Below, piece by piece: positions 17,098 to 25,027 of a stretch of 64,000 nt of DNA; within the stretch, counting starts at the first letter, position 1, and each line of letters opens with the position of its first letter. The stretch comes from an uncultured Acidimicrobiales bacterium (GTDB taxonomy: Bacteria > Actinomycetota > Acidimicrobiia > Acidimicrobiales > CADCTF01). Location of the stretch: NCBI GenBank assembly GCA_902805655.1, contig CADCTF010000087.1, forward strand, positions 53,233-117,232. The letters are read 5' to 3'. The notes under the pieces are model-generated. The model was not told the origin of the DNA. It was given only the letters and a program-made list of their open reading frames with translations, and did not search any database. The position numbers were made by a program, and so were the translations under genes.

Positions 17098-19584
17098 ATG
17101 CGTCTACTTCTGGTGTCGTGCCACTACCCGCCCGACTTCATCAGCGGGGGCACGTTGCTCCCCCAGCGGCTGGCGCGTGGCCTGCACGCCAGGGGCCACG
17201 AGGTGAGCGTCTACGCCGGGTGGCTCGGCGATCTCGCCGCCGACCCATGGAGCGGACCCGCCGGAGCCCGGCCGCTCGAAGGCTGGACCGAGGTCGACGA
17301 GACGGGGCTACCGGTGCGCTGGGTGGTGTCCACGCCGTGGATCGGTTGGGACCTCCGGGAGAACTTCGACAACCCGGCCGTAGCCGCAGACTTCGCCGCC
17401 CACCTGGCTCGGGTGCAGCCGGACGTGGTGCACTTCCACTCGCTGCAGTCCCTCGGTGCCGGCCTCGTCGCGGTGGCCGCCGAGTCGGGGGCCAAGGTCG
17501 TCGTGACCATGCACGACTTCTGGTGGTGGTGCGGCCGCCAGTTCCTCGTCGACCTGGAGCACCGTCCGTGCCCGATGGTCGTGGCCTGCGGATCCTGTGG
17601 GTGCCAGGTCGACCGGCCGTGGCTCGAGGTCCGCACGGCGTTCCTCCAGGCCCAGCTGGCCCAGGCTGATGCGGTGCTGGCCGTCTCCCAGTCGGCCGCG
17701 ACTGTGTACCTCGCCAACGGCCTCGACCCCGCAGTGCTCGAGGTGGACGAGAACTCGCTGCCGCCGGTGGACGAGGCGCAAGGCCCTCGCCCTGGCGCGG
17801 CGGAGGCTGAGCGCCCGGAGGCCGACCCCTCCGGACCGGGTGCCACTGGGGCTCGTGACGATGCACCGCTCCGCTTCCGGTACGCGGGCGGTGCGGATCG
17901 CATGAAGGGCGTCCACGTGCTGCTCCACGCGGCCGGCGCTCTGGCCGACCTGCCCGGCTGGCGGCTCGTCGCCCACGGGGCCGGCTCCTACGTGCAGGCG
18001 GAGGGCGTCGACCTCGAGGGGGTGCCGGTGGAGCTGGCCGATCCGTTCCCACCCGACGAGCTCGACACCCTCCTCGCCCAGACCGACGTGCTGGTCGTTC
18101 CGTCGGTCATGCGGGAGACCTACTCCCTCGTCACCAGAGAGGCGCTCACCCGCGGGGTGCCGGTGCTCGTGACCGACACCCTGGGCCCGGAGGAGGTCGT
18201 CCACGACGGGGTCAACGGCCTGGTGGTGCCGGCCGGGGATGCGGACGCGCTGGCCGCAGCCATGCGGTCGCTCGTCCTGGACCGGGACAAGGTCGGCCGC
18301 ATGGCCGAGGCCTGCGGCAAGGTGCCCGTCCGTTCCCTGGACGACCAGCTGGACGGTCTGGAGCGTCGCTACCGTGCGCTGCTCGAGCCGGTGCCGGCCG
18401 AGGCCAGGACGTCGGTGGTGCCGGCTGTCCGCGACGTGCGATGGGTGCTGTTCCTCGTGGGCATCACGGGTGCCCCCCTCCGCTACCGGGTGCACCTGGC
18501 GACGGAGGGCCTCGCTCTGCTCGGGGTGCACTCCGACGTGCGCCACTACCGGCACCCGGAGGTCATCGACCTGGTGGAACGGGTGGACGCGGTGGTGGCC
18601 TACCGGGTGCCTGCCACCGTGCAGGTGCTCGACCTCCTCGAGCGGGCCCGGAACCGGGGCGTGCCCACGTTCTTCGACGTGGACGACCTCATCTTCGACC
18701 CGGACATCCGCCACGAGATCCCGGCCATGAACCTGCTGCCGCCCGACGAGGCGGAGCTCTGGATGCAGGGGGTCCGCCGGTACCGCACGACGATGGAGGC
18801 CTGCGATGCCTACATCGGTTCCACCGAGGCCCTGTGTCGTGCGGCCACGGACGTGGTGGGGCTGCCCGCCGAGCGGTTCGCCAACGGTGTCGGCATGGTG
18901 CTGGCTCGCGCCTCCGATGCGGAGCGGGCCCGTCCACGCGCCGACGGACCGCTCCGCATCGGCTACCTGAGCGGCACGACGACCCACGACGCCGACTGGG
19001 CCTTCGTCGAGCCGGCCGTCGTGAGGGCACTCGATGCCCACCCTGACGTCGAGGTCTGGCTCGGGGGGCCGGTGGCGCCGACCACTGCCCTCGACCGCTT
19101 CGGGGCCCGAGTGCAGCGCATCCCCTTCACCGACTGGTTGCGGCTGCCGGCCATCCTCCGGGACCTCGACGTCAACCTGGCACCCCTCGAACCGGGGAGC
19201 CGGTTCAACGAGGCCAAGAGCGCCATCAAGTGGCTGGAGGCAGCGCTCACGGCCACACCCACCGTCGCTTCACCGACCCAACCCTTCTGCGAGGCGATCG
19301 ACCACGGGGTCAACGGCTTCCTGGCCGAATCGGTCGACGACTGGTTCGAGCTCCTCGATCGGCTGCTCGCCGACCCCGTCCTGCGGGCCAGGACCGGCGC
19401 ACGGGCCTCCCGTGATGCGCTCCTTCGCTGGTCACCCCACCTCCAGGGCCGCCGCTACCTCGACATCCTCCAGGGCGGGATCCCGGCCCGACGCGCCGGC
19501 CAGTTCCCCCCCGAGGCGCTGGACGAGCCGTACGAGGCCGTGCCGGTCGACCTCTACCCCCTCCCCGCGAGCCCGCTCCGATGA
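17098..19584 (+). CDS. Two-domain GT4/GT-B glycosyltransferase
   Basis: MRLLLVSCHYPP..GG, VTMHDFW plus Cys cluster, PSVMRETYSLV; second domain LRYR, FDVDDLIFD, GYLSGTTTHDAD, FNEAKSAIKWLEAA. Confidence 0.85.
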   Translation: MRLLLVSCHYPPDFISGGTLLPQRLARGLHARGHEVSVYAGWLGDLAADPWSGPAGARPLEGWTEVDETGLPVRWVVSTPWIGWDLRENFDNPAVAADFAAHLARVQPDVVHFHSLQSLGAGLVAVAAESGAKVVVTMHDFWWWCGRQFLVDLEHRPCPMVVACGSCGCQVDRPWLEVRTAFLQAQLAQADAVLAVSQSAATVYLANGLDPAVLEVDENSLPPVDEAQGPRPGAAEAERPEADPSGPGATGARDDAPLRFRYAGGADRMKGVHVLLHAAGALADLPGWRLVAHGAGSYVQAEGVDLEGVPVELADPFPPDELDTLLAQTDVLVVPSVMRETYSLVTREALTRGVPVLVTDTLGPEEVVHDGVNGLVVPAGDADALAAAMRSLVLDRDKVGRMAEACGKVPVRSLDDQLDGLERRYRALLEPVPAEARTSVVPAVRDVRWVLFLVGITGAPLRYRVHLATEGLALLGVHSDVRHYRHPEVIDLVERVDAVVAYRVPATVQVLDLLERARNRGVPTFFDVDDLIFDPDIRHEIPAMNLLPPDEAELWMQGVRRYRTTMEACDAYIGSTEALCRAATDVVGLPAERFANGVGMVLARASDAERARPRADGPLRIGYLSGTTTHDADWAFVEPAVVRALDAHPDVEVWLGGPVAPTTALDRFGARVQRIPFTDWLRLPAILRDLDVNLAPLEPGSRFNEAKSAIKWLEAALTATPTVASPTQPFCEAIDHGVNGFLAESVDDWFELLDRLLADPVLRARTGARASRDALLRWSPHLQGRRYLDILQGGIPARRAGQFPPEALDEPYEAVPVDLYPLPASPLR

Positions 19585-19641
19585 GCACATCCCGCGCCTG
19601 GGAGCCGCCTACCGTGGCTCCCCAGTGACCGGACCTCCGCC

Positions 19642-20466
19642 ATGACGACACTGACTGAGTACCGCTCGACGAGCGAGCTCCTCGGCAACCTGACGCTGCG
19701 CGAGCTGCGGTCGAAGTACAAGCGCTCCGCGCTCGGCTGGGCATGGTCCCTGCTCAACCCGCTGGCCACGTTGCTGATCTTCAGCCTGGTGTTCCGGTTC
19801 TTCATGCGGGTCCAGCTGCCGCCGTCGGAGACCAGCGGGCTCCAGAACTACGCACTCTTCCTGAGCTGCGGGCTGCTGCCCTGGAACTACTTCACCAACT
19901 CCGTCAGCGGCTCGATCGGCACCTTGGTGGGGAACGCCAACCTCATCAAGAAGACGTACTTCCCGCGCGAGCTCCTGGTGTTCTCGAACGTCGCCTCGTG
20001 GAACGTCTCGCTGCTGATCGAGATGGGCATCCTGCTGCTCGTATTCCTCGCCTTCGGGAACATGGTGCTGCCCTGGATCCCCGCCTTGCTGGTGCTGATC
20101 GTGCTCCTCACCCTGTTCGTGGCCGGGCTGTCGCTCATCTTCAGCGTGCTGAACGTCTTCTTCCGAGACGTGCAGCACCTGGTGGGCATCGTCTTCCAGG
20201 CCTGGCTCTACCTGACCCCCGTCATCTACCCGATCACGCTGATCCCCGAGAGCCACGTCCTCTTCGGGGTCGACCTGCCGCTCCGCCGGATCTGGGAGCT
20301 GAACCCCATGGCCCGTTTCGTGGGTGCCTTCCGGGACGTGCTCTACGACCTCCGCTGGCCCGAGCTCAACGACATCGGGTACCTGGCGTTGGTGTCGGTG
20401 GCCACGTTCTTCATCGGTCTGACGGTGTTCAACCGCCTCAGCGGCCGTCTGGCGGAGGAGCTGTGA
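19642..20466 (+). CDS. wzm: Polysaccharide ABC exporter permease (Wzm/RfbA type)
   Basis: RELRSKYKRSALGWAWSLLNP, GLLPWNYF, NLIKKTYFPRE, FRDVQH, YLTPVIYP, LNPM. Confidence 0.92.
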   Translation: MTTLTEYRSTSELLGNLTLRELRSKYKRSALGWAWSLLNPLATLLIFSLVFRFFMRVQLPPSETSGLQNYALFLSCGLLPWNYFTNSVSGSIGTLVGNANLIKKTYFPRELLVFSNVASWNVSLLIEMGILLLVFLAFGNMVLPWIPALLVLIVLLTLFVAGLSLIFSVLNVFFRDVQHLVGIVFQAWLYLTPVIYPITLIPESHVLFGVDLPLRRIWELNPMARFVGAFRDVLYDLRWPELNDIGYLALVSVATFFIGLTVFNRLSGRLAEEL

Positions 20467-21677
20467 GCACCAGGCCGGCCGTCGTGGTGGACGACGTGTC
20501 CAAGCGCTTCCGTCTCTACCGGGAGCGCAACCAGTCGCTGAAGGCGGCGCTGATGCGCGGCCGCCGCGCCGTCGTCGAGGAGTTCTGGGCGCTCCAGGAC
20601 GTCTCGTTCGAGGTGCCCGAGGGCTCGACCTTCGGGCTGGTCGGCGAGAACGGGTCGGGCAAGTCCACCCTGATGAAGTGCATGGCCCGAATCCTCCAGC
20701 CCGACCGCGGCAGCGTGCGGGTGAACGGCAAGGTCTCGGCCCTCCTCGAGCTCGGCGCCGGCTTCCATCCCGAGCTCTCGGGCCGGGAGAACGTCTTCCT
20801 CAACGGCTCGATCCTCGGGCTCGGCCAGAAGGAGCTCGCCGCCAAGTTCGACGAGATCGTGGAGTTCGCCGGGCTCGGCCAGTTCATCGACCAGCCGGTG
20901 AAGAACTACTCCAACGGGATGTACGTGCGGCTCGGCTTCTCGGTCGCCATCAACGTCGACCCCGACGTGCTGCTGGTCGACGAGGTGCTGGCCGTCGGTG
21001 ACGAAGCCTTCCAGCGCAAGTGCAACGAGAAGTTCGCCGACCTCAAGGCGGCCGGCAAGACGATCGTGCTGGTGTCCCACAACCTCTCCGCGGTGCACAA
21101 CCTCTGCGACCGGGCGGCGTGGCTCGAGCACGGCGTGCTCAAGATGATCGCACCGGCCCGCCAGATCGTCGACGAGTACATGAGCACCGTGCAGATCGAC
21201 CGCGTGGAGGATGTGGAGACGGGCGGCAACCGCTGGGGTTCGGGTGAGGGCCGAATCGAGAAGGTGGAGCTGCTCGGCCCTTCGGGAGAGCCCGCCAGCA
21301 AGGTGCGCACGGGCGACCCCGTCACCATTCGCATCCACTACTGCATGGACGAGCCCATCCCACGCCCGGTCTTCGGGTTGGCCATCCACACGCTCGACGG
21401 CACCCACGTCACCGGGCCGAACACGCGGGACACCGAGAGCGTGCCGGACAAGCTCGAGGGCGAGGGCCACGTCGACCTCCGCATCGATCCCATCAGGCTC
21501 CTGCCGGGCACCTACGACATCACCGCGTCGCTGTACGACTACGCGTGCCTGCACCCGTACGACTTCCGGCACCACGTCCTGCGCTTCGACGTCGACCCCG
21601 GCGAGCCGCACGAGAGCTATGGCGTCGTCTCCCTCGGGGGTAGCTGGCGGGTGCCGGGAGTCGACCCGGCCGCGTGA
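20463..21677 (+). CDS. wzt: Polysaccharide ABC exporter ATPase with C-terminal carbohydrate-binding (Wzt_C) domain
   Basis: GENGSGKST, GAGFHPELSGRENV, YSNGMYVRL, LLVDEVLAVGD, VSH; ~150 aa beta-rich tail (LLPGTY). Confidence 0.92.
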   Translation: MSTRPAVVVDDVSKRFRLYRERNQSLKAALMRGRRAVVEEFWALQDVSFEVPEGSTFGLVGENGSGKSTLMKCMARILQPDRGSVRVNGKVSALLELGAGFHPELSGRENVFLNGSILGLGQKELAAKFDEIVEFAGLGQFIDQPVKNYSNGMYVRLGFSVAINVDPDVLLVDEVLAVGDEAFQRKCNEKFADLKAAGKTIVLVSHNLSAVHNLCDRAAWLEHGVLKMIAPARQIVDEYMSTVQIDRVEDVETGGNRWGSGEGRIEKVELLGPSGEPASKVRTGDPVTIRIHYCMDEPIPRPVFGLAIHTLDGTHVTGPNTRDTESVPDKLEGEGHVDLRIDPIRLLPGTYDITASLYDYACLHPYDFRHHVLRFDVDPGEPHESYGVVSLGGSWRVPGVDPAA

Positions 21678-23023
21678 CGTCGACGCTGCCGCGCCGCCGC
21701 ATCGTCGTGGCGACCTGCGATCCCGTCACCGACCGCATGGCGGGCCCGGCCATCCGGGCGTGGCACATGGCCGAGGCGCTGTCGGCCGAGCACGAGGTGC
21801 GCCTCGTCAGCATCGCCGAGGTCGATCGCCCGGCTCCCCTCGACGGCGCCTTCTCCGTCGACCACGTCGGCGCCGAGGACCTCGTTGCGCTCGAGCGCTG
21901 GATGGACGTGCTGGTCTTCCAGGGCGGCCTGCTGCGCATCCACCCGTACCTGGCGGAGAGCGACAAGGTGATCGTTGCCGACATCTACGACCCCTTCCAC
22001 CTGGAGAACCTGGAGCAGACGAGGGGGAGGCCGGAGGCCGAGCGCCACGAGGTGATCGAGCACCTCACCGGTGTGCTCAACGACCAGCTGCGCCGGGGCG
22101 ACTTCTTCCTGGCCGCGAGCCCGCGCCAGCGCGACTTCTGGATGGGCAGCCTGGCCGCGCTCGGCCGGGTGAACCCGAGCACCTACGAACAGGACCCCAC
22201 CATGAGCGGGCTGGTCGACCTGGTGCCGTTCGGCCTCCCTGCGAGCCCACCGGTGAAGCGTCGCCCGGTGCTGCGGGGGGTCGTGCCCGGCATCGGGCCG
22301 GACGACGTCGTGCTCCTCTGGGCCGGTGGCGTCTACAACTGGTTCGATCCGCTCACCCTGGTGCGCGCCGTCGACCGGCTGCGGGTGGACGAGCCGACCC
22401 TTCGACTGTTCTTCCTGGGGCTCCAGCACCCCAACCCGGACATCCCGGCCATGAGCATGGCCACCGAGCTGCGGACCCTCAGCGACGAGCTCGGTCTCAC
22501 CGGCGTGCACGTCTTCTTCAACGAAGGCTGGGTGCCGTACGACGAGCGGGCCGACTACCTGCTCGAAGCCGACGTCGGCGTGAGCACCCACCTCGACCAC
22601 GTCGAGACGGCGTACAGCTTCCGCACGCGCATCCTCGACTACATCTGGGCGTCGCTGCCCATCGTGACGACGCAGGGTGACGCCTTCGCCGAGCTGGTGG
22701 AGGCGAGGTCGCTCGGCGCCACGGCCGCCGCGGGCGACGTCGACGGCCTCACCGTGGCGCTGCGCTCTCTGGTGGCCGGTCCGGCCCGGCGGGCAGCCTG
22801 CCGGGCTCAGGTCGCCGCCGTGGCCCCGGACCTGGCTTGGGACGTGGCGCTCGCGCCGCTGCTGCGCTTCTGCCGAGCCCCTCGTCGTGCCGACGACCTG
22901 GTGCGTGCGTGCGCCGATGTCGCCCCGAATGCGACGCATCCCGCCACAGCTGCCGCCGGGATGCCCCAGCCGGGGGGCTGGCGCGCCGCGCTGCGCCAGG
23001 TCCGCAGCAAGCTCCCTCGTTGA
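21674..23023 (+). CDS. GT4-like glycosyltransferase, close paralog of the C-half of 14631..17030
   Basis: MAGPAIR, DIYDPFHLE, WAGGVYNWFDP, SFRTRILDY. Confidence 0.85.
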   Translation: MTSTLPRRRIVVATCDPVTDRMAGPAIRAWHMAEALSAEHEVRLVSIAEVDRPAPLDGAFSVDHVGAEDLVALERWMDVLVFQGGLLRIHPYLAESDKVIVADIYDPFHLENLEQTRGRPEAERHEVIEHLTGVLNDQLRRGDFFLAASPRQRDFWMGSLAALGRVNPSTYEQDPTMSGLVDLVPFGLPASPPVKRRPVLRGVVPGIGPDDVVLLWAGGVYNWFDPLTLVRAVDRLRVDEPTLRLFFLGLQHPNPDIPAMSMATELRTLSDELGLTGVHVFFNEGWVPYDERADYLLEADVGVSTHLDHVETAYSFRTRILDYIWASLPIVTTQGDAFAELVEARSLGATAAAGDVDGLTVALRSLVAGPARRAACRAQVAAVAPDLAWDVALAPLLRFCRAPRRADDLVRACADVAPNATHPATAAAGMPQPGGWRAALRQVRSKLPR

Positions 23024-23173
23024 GGCGCCTTCGCTGCGGTGGCCATCGACCACCTGGATGGATGCCGCTGACTACGCTCACTTGGTGCGCCGGCGGGAGC
23101 ACCTAGAGGGATATTTCTGAAGGTTCGGGCTCTGCTCGCTTCAGGAGGTCCTTTCGGAGCCGAGGAGAACACC

Positions 23174-25009
23174 ATGAGACGTGCCGTACAGGTGCTCGTC
23201 GCCGCGCTGGTCGTGCTGGCGAGCAGCGCCCTTCCCATCGAGACCGCCTGGGCCGAGCCGGAGGTTCGCCTGCAGGAGCTCCCGATCTCCTCGGATTCGC
23301 CGGCGAGCCTCGCTCACCCCACGTCGCACCTCGGGCTGCGCTGGACCGGTGACGAGGACGCTGTCATCGAGCTTCGTGCACGTCCGGGTCGCGGCCCATG
23401 GACGACATGGGAGCGGTTGGAGGTGGCCCACGACCTGGGGGACGAGGAGAGGCGTGAGGTCCGCACCGGCCTGGTGCTCGCCTCTGATGCGGTGACGGTC
23501 GAGGTGCGCGTGACGGCCGGCGAGGTCGCCGACCTCCGCCTGATCGCCATCGACACGCAGCACGGGCCGCGGAAGCTGGTGGTCGAGAGTGCAGGGCCCA
23601 GGGCCGCCGCGGCGCTCATCCCCGGCGCGACGGTGCCTCAGCCCCACATCGTCAGCCGAGGCGAGTGGGGAGCCGACGAGTCGCTGGTGAGCGGTACGCC
23701 GTCCTACGCTGCCGTGCGCCGGGTGTCGGTCCACCACACCGTCTCGCCGAACAACGACCCCAACCCCGAAGCGACGCTGCGGGCCATCCTCAGCTATCAC
23801 ACGAGGTCCAACGGGTGGGACGACGTCGGCTACAACTTTCTCGTCGACGCCTCCGGCCGGATCTACGAGGGCCGCTCGGCCCGCCAGGGAGCCGCTCCGG
23901 GCGAGGACCGCAACGGCAACCTCGTCGTCGGAGCGCACACGGCCAACAACAACTCCGGCACCGTCGGCGTCGCCCTGCTCGGCACCTTCACCGACCAGGG
24001 GCCGACGCCGGCCGCCATGGCGGCGCTCGAGCGGTTGCTGACCTGGGAGGCCGACCGCCACGGCGTCGACACGCTCGCCACGACCACATGGACCAAGGGC
24101 GGCCAGACCATCCGGCAGCCGACGCTCATCGGCCACCGCGACACCGTGGCGACCGCGTGCCCCGGCGGTGTGCTCTACGACCAGCTCCCTGCCCTGCGCC
24201 AGCGGATTGCGGACGCTCGCAGCACCGGCCGCTCCACCGACCCGACCCCCGGCTACTGGGTGCTGGGCCAGGACTCGGGCATCTACAGCTTCGGGGCGGC
24301 CGAGCCGCTGCCGCCATCGCCCTGGAGCGCACCGGCCAACCCGCCGGCCAGCTCCATGGCGAGCACTCCGAGCGGACGCGGGTACTGGGTGCTGTCGGGC
24401 AACGGACGGGTGACGGCCTTCGGAGATGCGTCGGTCCACGGGTCGACCGAGGGCATGTCGCTGAACGCCCCGGCCGTCCGCCTCGAACCGACGCGCACGG
24501 GTGACGGCTACTGGATCCTCGCGGCCGATGGGGGTGTGTTCTCCTTTGGCGATGCGTCGTTCTGGGGGTCCACCGGCGACCTGCGACTGAACGCACCCGT
24601 CATCAGCATGTCCGCCACCACCTCGGGTGGTGGCTACTGGCTCCTTGCCGCCGACGGCGGCGTGTTCACCTTTGGCGACGGCGGCTTCCACGGCTCCACC
24701 GGCTCGATGCGGCTCAACGCACCTGTGGTCTCGATGGCTCCGCATCCCTCCGGGTCGGGCTACTGGCTGCAGGCGGCCGACGGCGGCATCTTCTCCTTCG
24801 GTGCCGTGGAGTTCTGGGGCAGCGTGCCAGAGCTCCGGCTCGCGGCTCCGCCGCGCAGCGTGCAGATCCGGGTCACCCGCACGGGGGTGGGCTACTACGT
24901 GCTCGGGGCCGACGGCAGTGTCCGGCGCTTCGGCGACGCCATCGCCCACGGCTCCCCGCCGCCGCTGCGAGGCGGAGGCTCGGCCATCGACCTCGTGCTG
25001 CGTCCGTAG
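23174..25009 (+). CDS. Secreted N-acetylmuramoyl-L-alanine amidase (Amidase_2/PGRP-like) with six C-terminal repeats
   Basis: Signal peptide (..ETAWA); SRGEWGADES, VHHT, YH..GWDDVGYNFLVD, GAHT, GHRD...TACPG; RBS GAGGAG upstream. Confidence 0.9.
   Translation: MRRAVQVLVAALVVLASSALPIETAWAEPEVRLQELPISSDSPASLAHPTSHLGLRWTGDEDAVIELRARPGRGPWTTWERLEVAHDLGDEERREVRTGLVLASDAVTVEVRVTAGEVADLRLIAIDTQHGPRKLVVESAGPRAAAALIPGATVPQPHIVSRGEWGADESLVSGTPSYAAVRRVSVHHTVSPNNDPNPEATLRAILSYHTRSNGWDDVGYNFLVDASGRIYEGRSARQGAAPGEDRNGNLVVGAHTANNNSGTVGVALLGTFTDQGPTPAAMAALERLLTWEADRHGVDTLATTTWTKGGQTIRQPTLIGHRDTVATACPGGVLYDQLPALRQRIADARSTGRSTDPTPGYWVLGQDSGIYSFGAAEPLPPSPWSAPANPPASSMASTPSGRGYWVLSGNGRVTAFGDASVHGSTEGMSLNAPAVRLEPTRTGDGYWILAADGGVFSFGDASFWGSTGDLRLNAPVISMSATTSGGGYWLLAADGGVFTFGDGGFHGSTGSMRLNAPVVSMAPHPSGSGYWLQAADGGIFSFGAVEFWGSVPELRLAAPPRSVQIRVTRTGVGYYVLGADGSVRRFGDAIAHGSPPPLRGGGSAIDLVLRP
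24251..25006 (+). repeat. Six ~42-aa GYW..A.DGG.F.FG repeats in the amidase C-terminus
   Basis: ggctactgg at 24506, 24632 and 24758 gives an exact 126-bp period; six GY[WY] units counted. Confidence 0.9.
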
Positions 25010-25027
25010 TCCTCGTCAGAGGCGGGG

